Positions 5,745 to 15,100 of a DNA stretch of 37,795 nucleotides are shown here, piece by piece (within the stretch, counting starts at the first letter, position 1; the number at the start of each line of letters is the position of its first letter). A program made the translations under genes and the position numbers. Source of the DNA: a virus. The DNA is taken from IMG/VR virus record IMGVR_UViG_3300045988_085908. One strand, written 5' to 3'. The notes under the pieces are model-generated. The model had not been told where the DNA came from. It saw only the letters and a program-made list of their open reading frames with translations, and ran no database searches.

Positions 5745-5858
5745 GATAAATCCGTTAAGCGCCCCGCGTTAAGTCCTTCCGACCCGGGGCGCGGCTTTTC
5801 TGAAAATAAAAAAGGCGCAGAGCCTGCTCGGAAATCCCGGCAGTCCTGCGCCTTTTGC
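5745..5858 (+). ncRNA. Candidate short terminated transcript (about 55 or about 110 nt)
   Basis: The predicted start is about 7 nt after the -10. Hairpin 1 is GCGCCCCG/CGGGGCGC (5759-5792) followed by GGCUUUUCUG. Hairpin 2 is GGCGCAG/CUGCGCC (5814-5852) followed by UUUUGCUUU. Confidence 0.3.
5803..5856. terminator. Bidirectional rho-independent terminator at the end of the lysis/late operon
   Basis: GGCGCAG...CTGCGCC stem flanked by an A-run on the left and a T-run on the right. It lies 18 nt downstream of the endolysin stop. Confidence 0.75.
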
Positions 5859-5873
5859 TTTATGTATTTACTT

Positions 5874-6599
5874 TTAGACCTTCTTCACCCAGTCCTTCGC
5901 GATCCAGCCGCCGGCTTTGAGACGACCCCAGCCCTTGGCGGAGCCGGGGCCGCTGCGTTCTTCAACGATTGTGTAGCGCAGCGTATCTTTGATCTGCCCT
6001 AAAATGCCGTAGTTTGTGCCCGGACCTTTGCGGATGTTCAGCGGGTCACGGCAGTTTTTGCGGATGAGGTACGGCTTGAAGGTGCCGGATGCAGGTGTAG
6101 GCTTTGCCGGTGTGCTCGCCGTCATGTAGCTTTTCACCATGTTCAAAAAGCGCTGCCAGCCCTTGTCGAGCGTGCGATGCGGGCAATATTTGCCGTCGAA
6201 GTCCTGATGCTTCTTCACGTGCGAAATATCCCACTTGCGCTCGGTGAGCAGCTTAGCGATATACTCTGCGGCGTTCTTTTCGGCTTTATCGAAACGCGTG
6301 CCGCCCGAAAGCGAATAGCAAATCTCGATATGAATACCGTGCGCGTTGCCGTCGCGCTGCCCTGCCGCAAACGCACCTCTGCTCAGCGGTATGCCGATGA
6401 CAATCTCCTTGTCATCGACCGCCGCGTTAAACGACGTAGAGCTGTCGTTGCGAATCATATACGCGACTTCATTCGCGGCGGAGGCATCGTTCGCCGTGTT
6501 GTGCACGACGATATATTTCATGTCCTTTGCGCAGGACTCCACCGGGACTTTCAAATCATATTTGCTTGGGCTAAGTAAGTTTTCGCGAATGGGTACCAT
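5874..6599 (-). CDS. Endolysin: N-acetylmuramoyl-L-alanine amidase (Amidase_2/PGRP type) with C-terminal SH3-like wall-binding domain
   Basis: IVVHNTAND, GNAHGIHIEIC and HQDFDGKYCPHR motifs. The C-terminus reads RKGPGTNYGILGQIK...GWGRLKAGGWIAKDWV. Confidence 0.9.
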   Translation of the reverse strand: MVPIRENLLSPSKYDLKVPVESCAKDMKYIVVHNTANDASAANEVAYMIRNDSSTSFNAAVDDKEIVIGIPLSRGAFAAGQRDGNAHGIHIEICYSLSGGTRFDKAEKNAAEYIAKLLTERKWDISHVKKHQDFDGKYCPHRTLDKGWQRFLNMVKSYMTASTPAKPTPASGTFKPYLIRKNCRDPLNIRKGPGTNYGILGQIKDTLRYTIVEERSGPGSAKGWGRLKAGGWIAKDWVKKV

Positions 6600-7045
6600 T
6601 ATTTTTCCTCCTCTTCTTCGCTTACGGTGTTCTTCAATCTCTCCAACAGTTTAGACAGCCGCGGAAACCCCGGCACACCAATCGCCGCAAGGTTTTCCAT
6701 GACGGAAATAAGCTCGTTGATAATGAGCCAGATTGCGACCAGCAGGCCGCAGAAAAGCTCGATGTGCAGGTCGATGCCCGCCTGCACCAGGGCGCCGCGC
6801 AGCAGATAATCCACGCCCGCGCCGACCGCCACCATCGCCATGTAGCAGAGCTTCTTCAGGATGCCCTTGATGCCGATGCGCGAGCTGAGCTGCGCCGTCA
6901 TGTAGGCTTTGACCATGCCGGTGACGTAATCGATCACCATCATGCACAGCAGCACGAGCACAGGCGCGGCCAGCTGCCCGCAGTATGCCGCGACCCCCGC
7001 CCCAACGACTGCCGTTACGGATTTAAGTACAGTTGCTTTGTTCAT
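6599..7045 (-). CDS. Holin (phage_holin_4_1-like)
   Basis: Several TM helices, the VIDYVTGMVKA...S..G.KGILKK motif and an acidic tail EEEEEK. AAGGAGG SD. It lies immediately upstream of the endolysin. Confidence 0.85.
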   Translation of the reverse strand: MNKATVLKSVTAVVGAGVAAYCGQLAAPVLVLLCMMVIDYVTGMVKAYMTAQLSSRIGIKGILKKLCYMAMVAVGAGVDYLLRGALVQAGIDLHIELFCGLLVAIWLIINELISVMENLAAIGVPGFPRLSKLLERLKNTVSEEEEEK

Positions 7046-7068
7046 TTTTGTCCTCCTTTTATTGTTGC

Positions 7069-7446
7069 TTAAAGTTTATCCAGCCACACCGGCGGTGCGG
7101 GGATTGTCCGCGTCTCCGGCGCATCGAGCCAAGAGAGATACCAGTTTGCAAGCTCGGCTTTTTGCTCGTCTGTGAGTAGGCTATACCACAGCTCGCCGCG
7201 ATTGATATACGCAAAGCACTCGGTTTCGCGGCGCCGCCGAATAATGGTTAGCTCCGCCGCATCCGCGTCGGCCTTGAGCTTATCTGCATCGAGCACGAGC
7301 ACACCATCTTCAAGCTTGTACGCCTCCGGGTGCTGCTTAAAGTCCTCCAGCAGATCATCGGGCGCCTCTATCTCGATGCCGTCTACAAGCCCGCCGATGA
7401 GCGCATAACTCTCAATATAGCCCTGATCGTTTAAGATTATCTGCAT
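7069..7446 (-). CDS. Tail-fibre-associated protein, 125 aa, tail fibre assembly-like C-terminus
   Basis: Start moved to the ATG at 7446, after AAGGAG. The C-terminus ELANWYLSWLDAPETRTIPAPPVWL resembles Caudo_TAP-type endings, recalled from memory. It sits between the fibre and the holin. Confidence 0.55.
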   Translation of the reverse strand: MQIILNDQGYIESYALIGGLVDGIEIEAPDDLLEDFKQHPEAYKLEDGVLVLDADKLKADADAAELTIIRRRRETECFAYINRGELWYSLLTDEQKAELANWYLSWLDAPETRTIPAPPVWLDKL

Positions 7447-7450
7447 TGGT

Positions 7451-9850
7451 TTACTCCTTGTATCGGCATACGCCCCAAACCCACGCAATAGAGCCTCCGG
7501 AAGGATTACTCAAAATCGTCAATGATGCGTTGGAGCCGGATGAATCGCATTGATAGGCAAGCCATTTATCTGCGCTTGTAAGCCTCATGTGCGTGCCCCA
7601 TCCAACTGGAATTATTTGCGTTACCGCGTCTTCATTGCTTCCAGCCCAGCCGCCAACGATCAAATATGCGTATTTCGCGCCGTTTGCAATAGTTGCAGTG
7701 CCGTTTTTTAAACTGCCTTCCCACAATGTTTCTGCTGTATGCGCGTTCGGCAATGCTCTCCAATCATACCATCGTCCATTGGTGAATGTGCGATAATAAG
7801 TCATTCCCATATAAAATGTAAATCGCTGCAAATAGTTGTTAGTCGTAGATCTGGTAACTTCCATTGTGCCGTATCCAGAACTTGAGGGACCATTTTGACA
7901 GCTAGAAAGATTTATCCAGTACGAACCTATTATCGCTAAATCGTTTAAATTTCCAGAGTATACCCCGCCTACAATAAAATTGTATAATGCATCGCCTCTA
8001 TTTGTCGCACCAGTGCCGCCATTAGCAATGGGCACGACATCATTATTTGTGAAAGAATAAGACCAGTGGCCGGACCATCCTATGTTCGGAGCATATTCCC
8101 GTTTCCATATTCTTCCTCTTTGCGGATAAGACTCATGCAATTCAACAACCGTGTTGTAGAAGTTGTTTACAGTATTATAAACTTGATACGTTCTGCGATA
8201 GGCATAAAATGGACCTGAGGTCACAGGGCTATTTTTTAGCGTTGACGCATCATCTGTGCCGAATGAGCAGTCATAATTCCATTCACCATACGGGTCTCCG
8301 GTGTCGATCAGTAGCAAATCATTTGTAGACTGATTTGTCGCTCCGCCATTTGCCACCCCTCCATTTACGTGCAGATTGCCCCGAATCCGCGTATCCCACG
8401 CCACGTCCAGCCAGTTTGCGAGCTCGGCCACTTTACCGATGGCTGCCCCTGCGCTGCGTTTGAAAGATTGCAGCACACTTTTTGTAGACAGAGTGCGCTG
8501 GATAAGTAAGCTGTTGTACTTGTCCCCCACCGTCACGAGCACGTCGTATGTGGTGGACGCGCCTATATTTCCGCCGCCGAGCACGGTTTTGCCGTTGTTG
8601 GTAACGTTCGCCGCGGTGCCGTAACTGCTCTCGGACTGCTTTTTGTATCGAGCTGTAATGCTCAAGGTGTTGCCGGTGATTGCGCTGTAACTCGCGTTGA
8701 TCTCCACGGCAAAGTAGGTGCCTGCCTTTTTGCGGTTGCCGTCTGCATCGCAGCGGTACACGTCACACACCGCTACGCCGGGCTTTGTGTAGTCTATGAC
8801 GCTGATTGTGCGCGTAGTGCTGGCTTTCCGGCCGCGCGAATCCGTCACCGTGGCCGTGAATGTGATGTTGCCCGCCGAGGCCAGCGTGCCGGTTGTCAAT
8901 GCGCCATTTGTGGCAGACCATCCGCCGCCGGTAATCGTGTACGAGGTGATGCTGCTGCCGTATGCGCCGGATGCTCCGGAAAGCGTCAGCTTTGCTTTGC
9001 CCATGCCTTTTACGTATAGGCCCGTGCCGCTCGTGTCTTCGGCGAGCGTCCCCGAAAGCGTGCCCGCCGACGGAACTACGCTGCCGGGGACGGTGAGCGT
9101 GATGCTTACGGACTTTGTGCCGAGGAGCGTGCTGCCGGAATATGTATCGCAATAGATTGTACCGCTGCCCGCCGTGGCGGACGGTATTTGATTTGCGAGC
9201 GACACCGGCGGCGTCCAGCTCACGCTGCTTGCAATGCCCGTGGCAATCGTTCCGGATGCGCTGCCGAATGCGTAGCGCATCGTATGCCTGTAGGCACTGT
9301 TTACCGCAGGCGTGTTGATTGTCACGCTCTTGCCCATCTCTACGGTCGAGGCACTTAAACTCGGCTGTGTTGCAGGCTCCTGCCAATCCACCTCAAGCGT
9401 GACCGCGCCCCAGACGAGATACTCCGAAGCCGTCGCTGAATAAATACAGAATGTGTCCTCGCCCGCCGCTATGTACGAGCTGAAGAACGTCGGTGTGAAG
9501 CTCAAACTCGCCGCGGCATATGCATGGAACCAGCCCGAAAGCGTGCCAATCTGGTTGCCGGTCTTGTGCCCTGCGCCGAGCGACGTGTTGATGCCGCCTT
9601 GCGATGCCGAACGAAAGAAATGCGCGGTCTTCTGCGCGTTCTGGCCGCCCGCGCGGTTCGTGACCGTAATTTTGACACTGTTGATGATTTTACCTTTTAG
9701 GTTCGAGAGGCCCGGAAAGTACATGACGCCCGTGCGTGCCGAACCCGCGCCCCACGTGCGGCCGTCGCCCTGCGCGCATGTGCCCGCATTGCCCCACCCA
9801 TAGTTGTGGTCGTAGTAGTTGAGCTGGGCTTTATAGCTGTTTTTGCCCAT
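7451..9850 (-). CDS. Tail fibre / receptor-binding protein (DUF859-like N-terminus, Ig-like repeats, pyocin-knob-like C-terminus)
   Basis: 799 aa, downstream of Tal. PIANGGTGATN followed by a knob-like segment ...YLQRFTF...YYRTFTNGRWYDWRAL. The last third is visibly AT-rich. Confidence 0.8.
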   Translation of the reverse strand: MGKNSYKAQLNYYDHNYGWGNAGTCAQGDGRTWGAGSARTGVMYFPGLSNLKGKIINSVKITVTNRAGGQNAQKTAHFFRSASQGGINTSLGAGHKTGNQIGTLSGWFHAYAAASLSFTPTFFSSYIAAGEDTFCIYSATASEYLVWGAVTLEVDWQEPATQPSLSASTVEMGKSVTINTPAVNSAYRHTMRYAFGSASGTIATGIASSVSWTPPVSLANQIPSATAGSGTIYCDTYSGSTLLGTKSVSITLTVPGSVVPSAGTLSGTLAEDTSGTGLYVKGMGKAKLTLSGASGAYGSSITSYTITGGGWSATNGALTTGTLASAGNITFTATVTDSRGRKASTTRTISVIDYTKPGVAVCDVYRCDADGNRKKAGTYFAVEINASYSAITGNTLSITARYKKQSESSYGTAANVTNNGKTVLGGGNIGASTTYDVLVTVGDKYNSLLIQRTLSTKSVLQSFKRSAGAAIGKVAELANWLDVAWDTRIRGNLHVNGGVANGGATNQSTNDLLLIDTGDPYGEWNYDCSFGTDDASTLKNSPVTSGPFYAYRRTYQVYNTVNNFYNTVVELHESYPQRGRIWKREYAPNIGWSGHWSYSFTNNDVVPIANGGTGATNRGDALYNFIVGGVYSGNLNDLAIIGSYWINLSSCQNGPSSSGYGTMEVTRSTTNNYLQRFTFYMGMTYYRTFTNGRWYDWRALPNAHTAETLWEGSLKNGTATIANGAKYAYLIVGGWAGSNEDAVTQIIPVGWGTHMRLTSADKWLAYQCDSSGSNASLTILSNPSGGSIAWVWGVCRYKE

Positions 9851-11535
9851 CAGTCGTCCCCCTCAAACTCAAGATCAAACGTGTCAGCCTCCGCGTTATA
9901 ACGCCACATATACAAGCCCGTGTCCGCGTTGCCGAAAGACAAGCTGCCCGTGATATGCGCATCCGTGATATACAGCATACGATTGGAGATATACGCAATG
10001 GTTTGACCGTTTTCAACAAATTCGAGCCGGTCGTTGGAGAGCACCGCCTGTATGGCGCTGTCGCTGCGGCCGAGCGTAATTCGCGCCCCTTCAAAGCGGA
10101 TATACTGCTCTAAAAGCCGCTGATTTTCCGCTATCGTGCCGTTTGTGCTGTCAATGAGATTTGTCACCTGTGTAAAGCGGTATTCGAGCTGATCGCTCCA
10201 TTGGGTGATGAGCAGCTGTTTAACTCTTTCGAGCTCTTCCGTAGAGACTGCGGTATCTTGTAAACGTCCCAGCGCGTCATACACGTTTTCGGTCGTGGTG
10301 GTCAGCTCCGTCCTGGTCTCCGTTACCGATGCCGTGATGCTGTCCATGTCCTTCCGCGCGTCGACCTTGTAATCGGTGAGCTCCTGCTGTACTTTGTCTG
10401 TGCGCTTCTGCATATCGCTTTTCACAAGGTCAAACTCTTGCCCAAGCTCTTTTTTGACGCTCGCGATACCGCTCGTCACCGTTTTATACGTCCTGTTCAG
10501 CGTCACCGTGCTTTTGCCCGGGTCCACAAGGTTCTCCGTCATCTCGGCGACGGTCATGTAGGTGTCAAGGTTATGCGGGGTGCTCACGATGGGCAGCAGG
10601 TCGCCGACGGTGATGCGCTCATAATTGCCGCCGAGCGCACCGAAATCGACGGCGGTCAGCTTGATGGTCGTCGGCAGCACCTTGCGGGCTTCAAGCTCCG
10701 AATAGCCGCGCTTGCCGAGATTTTCTTTCAGTGTCACATCGTCGCAGATGATCGTGTCGAAGATCCAGCCGAATTCCTGCACGGCTTTTTCGTCCCACAC
10801 GTAATTTTTGCCGCCGTTGTCGATTTGCAGACGCTCGTCCGTCTCGTTGCCGTCTGCGTCCGTCAGCTTGCAGCCAAGCGGGATGATCGCCGTTGCGAGG
10901 TTCGCGGTCGGCACACTGCGGGCATACGTCAAAAGGTTCTGCCCGAACTTGATGCCCTGCCCGTTCACGTGCTTGTATTCGGCAAGGTAGTCGAGATACT
11001 GCACGCCGTTCTTCCAGCGCACCCGCAAAATGCCGCCGAGACGCTTTGTCAGCTTCTCGGTGATCGCATCTTTGGTGTGTTCAAAATTCGAGTGCCGATA
11101 CAAACTGTCGTTGCTGTCCGTCACGGTCACTTCGCCGACCGTAAACTGTTTGTACGCGTCGTCTTGCACAGCCACATTATGGTTCTGAACCAACGTTTCA
11201 AGATATGTGCGCACCGTCATGTTGTGGTATTCGGCAAACGGCTGCACGGAGTCTCCGAGCCATGCCAGCGCCCCCTCTGCTGTGACCGTCACAAGTCCCG
11301 TGTCGCTCTCCGTCACGTTGAGCGGTGAACCGCGGAAATATAACGCCCCGTCCCTGTACACCGAAATAACGCTGCTGCGCGCCTTGATGCGGGACAAATA
11401 CGGGTGCGTCGGCGCCAGTACAAACGTCAGCGTGCCGGCAATGTTCTGCCCGGTCTTGAGCGTGCCGGAGATGAGCTGCAGAACGGGGTTATCGGGCTCA
11501 TACAGCGTTATACCGTCACAGGTGATGCGGTACAT
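9850..11535 (-). CDS. Tail-associated protein Tal (prophage tail endopeptidase-family N-terminus, coiled-coil C-terminus)
   Basis: 561 aa, immediately after Dit. Typical siphovirus gene order. Confidence 0.75.
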   Translation of the reverse strand: MYRITCDGITLYEPDNPVLQLISGTLKTGQNIAGTLTFVLAPTHPYLSRIKARSSVISVYRDGALYFRGSPLNVTESDTGLVTVTAEGALAWLGDSVQPFAEYHNMTVRTYLETLVQNHNVAVQDDAYKQFTVGEVTVTDSNDSLYRHSNFEHTKDAITEKLTKRLGGILRVRWKNGVQYLDYLAEYKHVNGQGIKFGQNLLTYARSVPTANLATAIIPLGCKLTDADGNETDERLQIDNGGKNYVWDEKAVQEFGWIFDTIICDDVTLKENLGKRGYSELEARKVLPTTIKLTAVDFGALGGNYERITVGDLLPIVSTPHNLDTYMTVAEMTENLVDPGKSTVTLNRTYKTVTSGIASVKKELGQEFDLVKSDMQKRTDKVQQELTDYKVDARKDMDSITASVTETRTELTTTTENVYDALGRLQDTAVSTEELERVKQLLITQWSDQLEYRFTQVTNLIDSTNGTIAENQRLLEQYIRFEGARITLGRSDSAIQAVLSNDRLEFVENGQTIAYISNRMLYITDAHITGSLSFGNADTGLYMWRYNAEADTFDLEFEGDD

Positions 11536-11536
11536 A

Positions 11537-12187
11537 TCACAGCACCCCCTCGCGGTAACGAATCGTCATCGTGCCCGTGCCGTTCAGCGTAAAGGTGTTC
11601 ACGCCCTCGCTGAGGTAGATTTCCGGGATGGTATAGCCTCCGGTCTTCATGATGGTATACTGCGTGCCGGACGCTGTTTTCACGGTCATGCCGGCTGCGT
11701 CCGTCACAAATTCCGGAATCACGGCTTTCTGTGCGTTCAAAAGCGCTATGGGCAGCTCCTCGCCGGTCAAGACATACGTTTTTTCTGTTGGAAACAGCGC
11801 CATGCGGTACGGCTGGCAATCGACCGTCAGCGTGTGCGTGGCGGCAAGGCCGTCTACAGTATGCTCCCACGCAGCCCGTCCCGTGAGCACATGCTGGGGG
11901 TCGCTGTCCGTGAGGAGCTCCACAAGCCTTCCATGGTGCGCCGTGTTCAGTGCCGCGCAAGCTGCATCGTATGATGTGCGGCTTTCATATACGCAGTCAA
12001 ATTCCGCTGTCAGCGTGCGGTTTTTGTAGGTCACACGCCCGCGTGCGGCGGTCGCATCCAGCACACCGTCAGCACCGGGAATATCGATGGTGTAAAGCCG
12101 CGGCTCCGGCGGATCCAGTGTGCAGCTCAGACAGCAAAGCCCGAAATCGTCGAACGTGTGCTTATCGTTGATCGTCAGTCCCCACAT
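11537..12187 (-). CDS. Distal tail protein Dit (siphovirus tail component)
   Basis: 216 aa. It starts directly after the tape measure stop. Call based on position and size. Confidence 0.75.
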   Translation of the reverse strand: MWGLTINDKHTFDDFGLCCLSCTLDPPEPRLYTIDIPGADGVLDATAARGRVTYKNRTLTAEFDCVYESRTSYDAACAALNTAHHGRLVELLTDSDPQHVLTGRAAWEHTVDGLAATHTLTVDCQPYRMALFPTEKTYVLTGEELPIALLNAQKAVIPEFVTDAAGMTVKTASGTQYTIMKTGGYTIPEIYLSEGVNTFTLNGTGTMTIRYREGVL

Positions 12188-15100
12188 TTAAAAGCGCCCC
12201 CTTTCTTCCAGTTCGTATAAGTCGTTCAGCCGTTCGTTGATCTCCGGCGCAATCAGCCTGCCGACCGCTTCGCCGTCAAGGTTGATGCGCATGCCGAGCA
12301 GCGCTTGCAGCAGTGCATTTGCTCCGCTTTTCGACGTACCGAGCAATTCTTTCAACAACGTCAAAACCTGCTCCATGCGGCTGCCGAGCACGGCTACTTC
12401 CTCGCGCAGCTCTTCAACGCCGCTGTCTTCCTCGTGCAGTGTCGCTTTCTCCGCCGCGCGAAGGTCGCGCCGCTCCTGCACCTGCACGGTAACGGTCTCA
12501 TTGCGTTCACGTACGGCGCTGCGCAGCATGTCCACAATGCCGGAAAGCTTCGCCGGGCTGAGCTGCCGCACGATACCTTTCGCAATCTCGTCATACACCG
12601 AGGTTTTGAGCGGCAGCAGCGCTTCGTGTCCGGCTTCGCCGTATTCGTTGATGCCCGTCACCGGGTCCCACAGCCGTGTGCGCTTTGTGAATACGCCCGC
12701 TGCGTGCTTGTGGATCTCCGGCGTCATACCGCCGCGCGCATACTTCGTAACGCCGCCCCGCGCCCAGTACCCGCCCGCCGCATGAGAGGTGCGGACAGTG
12801 GCATAAACAGGATTATTGTTGAGATACGACTGGATTTGGGCTCGAGCATTTGCTGCCGCATTGTAAGCGTTACCGATATTGCCCATACTCGGTGCCGATA
12901 CTTTCCCGGATTTCATACGAGAATCGATCTCTTTGATTGCTTCGTCGGCAGCCGACTGCATGGACGGAATTTTACTTTTCCAACCTTTAATAACCTCTTG
13001 TCCTGACTTTTCGCCGCTGGTGTACAAAAGCTTACCGTTGCTGTCAATCGTCATGCCCATACCTTTGAGCGTATCGTTCAAACTGTCTTTGGTTTCCGGC
13101 GAAAGGCGATCAATGTTTTCCATGAAGCCATCGACCATTTGCTGCGTCGTCGAATCCAAATCATCGTAAGCGCTGCCCGATTCTGCCACCATCTCAAGCA
13201 ATGTAGCGATTTGCTTTTGCGTGGCTTCATCCAGATTTGCCGCTCGGCGGTTATTGGTACTCGCTTCTTTTGCGGTGTATCTTTCGTTAATGTCATTGAG
13301 TTCCTTCTGCAAATTATCGCGTGCAGTATATTCGTCTGCACCTTTTTGCTTCATCTCATCGACATAGCTTTGATAAGCATTGACAAGCTCCTGCTTATAG
13401 GCGTTTGCGTTGGCTGTTTCTTCCGCGGCAATCATTGCCTGTTCTTCTGACCACGCATGTGCGAGATCTGCGTTTTTGGCATATCCCTGCGCGATGATCT
13501 CACTGGTGTCGTTGCATTTAGCGTTTGCTGCGTCCACAGCCGCTTGATATTCCTTTGCAGCCGTGTTTATTGCATCCTGATACGCTTGCTCGGCCAGCGC
13601 TTTTTGTTCCTCGTTTTTACCTGCTTCGGAATTTAAAACCGCTTCGCGTTCTTGTTCGGCGTAGGCGATGGCTTGTGTATATTTGTCGCTTGCACTGTTA
13701 ATAACTGCGTCGCGTGTCGTCTCGGCTTGTGCTGCAATACGTGCAGCGTATTCCGTGTATGATTCGGCGGTCATGTTCTCTGCGTCGAGCAAATTGCTCG
13801 CCTGCGTCAGCACGGCATCTTGATAAGACTGCTGTATCGCGAGCTCCTGCTCGGATAGTGACCTCATCTGTGCAAACAGATCCTGCAGCGTTTGGATTTC
13901 AGCCTCCGTATAACCTCGGCGTTCGTCCGATGCCGTTTTCATAATCGCTGTGATCTGCGCTTGCACAGCATCCATTTCGGCAGCGAGCTCCTGCTGCTTG
14001 TCCTTTGCAATGCCCATTGTGGACGTTAAGGCGTCCAGCGAGCCGTCTGCGGCTTTTACTGCATCCGACCAAGCACCGTACTGATCAAATACGCCTTGAC
14101 AGCTTTCCGCAAGGTTTTCCTGCGATTCGGCCAAACGCTCCGCAGAGGTAACAGTATCCTCCTGCATAGCGACTACTGTCACAAGGATAGCCACTAAAGC
14201 GGCAGCGCCGGCGACCGCAAGCGTAAATGGATTAAGCGACATCGCCGCTGTTAGCCCTTGAAATGCTGTCGTAGCGCCTTGTATCCATGTTGCGGCGTTC
14301 TTTGCAATGGAGAGTGCTGCAAAGGCGGTTGCAGCCGCAGAAACTAACGGTAAAACAACGTCAATATGGTTGCAAAGGAATTCAATCGTATTTGCCAGCA
14401 CTTCTATGCCGCCTTCCGCTGCTTTAATGGCAGCAGATGCCATTTTTTCGATGAGTGGTGTGATCTTACCGATAGCATTGCTCACAGACCGCGAAATGTC
14501 CGAAAAGCTTTTTATGATCGTGCCGCCGAGTGAATCGATTTCTTTGCCGAGCTTGTATCCCACGAGTTGTTTTGCAAACGCCGTGATGAGTTTCAAGCCT
14601 GCCTTTCCGGCTTCCGGTACAAATTTCAGCAATGCACTGACGAGAGATTTACCTACGTTCACGGCAGCCGTAGAGAGTTTACGGGCGTTTTTGGATATTC
14701 CCTGCACAAACGATACGATCATGTTTGCACCGGCATCCACCATTTTCGGCGCTGCCTGCGCTACCTTTGTCGCCGCACTTGCGAGCACTGTACCCAGTGT
14801 CGATACAGCACCTTCAATTCCTTTAGCTTCAAAAGCTCGCTGTAACTGCCCTGTGTACTCCGTAGCGGTCTCCACAGCATTTTTCATCGGCGTACTGATT
14901 TCTTCATACACCGTAATGCCCAGCCCCTCCAGCGCGGATTTCGCGATGGTCACGGCGCCCTTGAGGTTGTCCTGCATGGTGTCTGCCATAGATTGCGCCG
15001 CACCGTCGGAATTCTGGATGGCTTCGGTCAGTGTGTTAAAATCCTCATCGCTTGCATTGACGATCGCAAGCAGGCCGGACATGCCTTCCTGCCCGGCGAT

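Noticed and set aside
5739-6002. An 87-codon plus-strand ORF after the 5710-5738 promoter
   Set aside because: Its ATG immediately follows the -10 hexamer, upstream of the expected transcription start. The ORF runs through two terminators and antisense into the endolysin gene.
8763-9386. A 207-codon same-strand alternative frame inside the fibre gene
   Set aside because: Its composition (Arg/His/Cys/Gln-rich) is not protein-like, it has no SD, and it carries no motifs. It serves as a control showing that ORF length alone does not support the methyltransferase-internal ORF.
7451-9850. Diversity-generating retroelement targeting the fibre gene
   Set aside because: There is no reverse transcriptase gene and no template-repeat copy of the fibre 3' end anywhere in the window.
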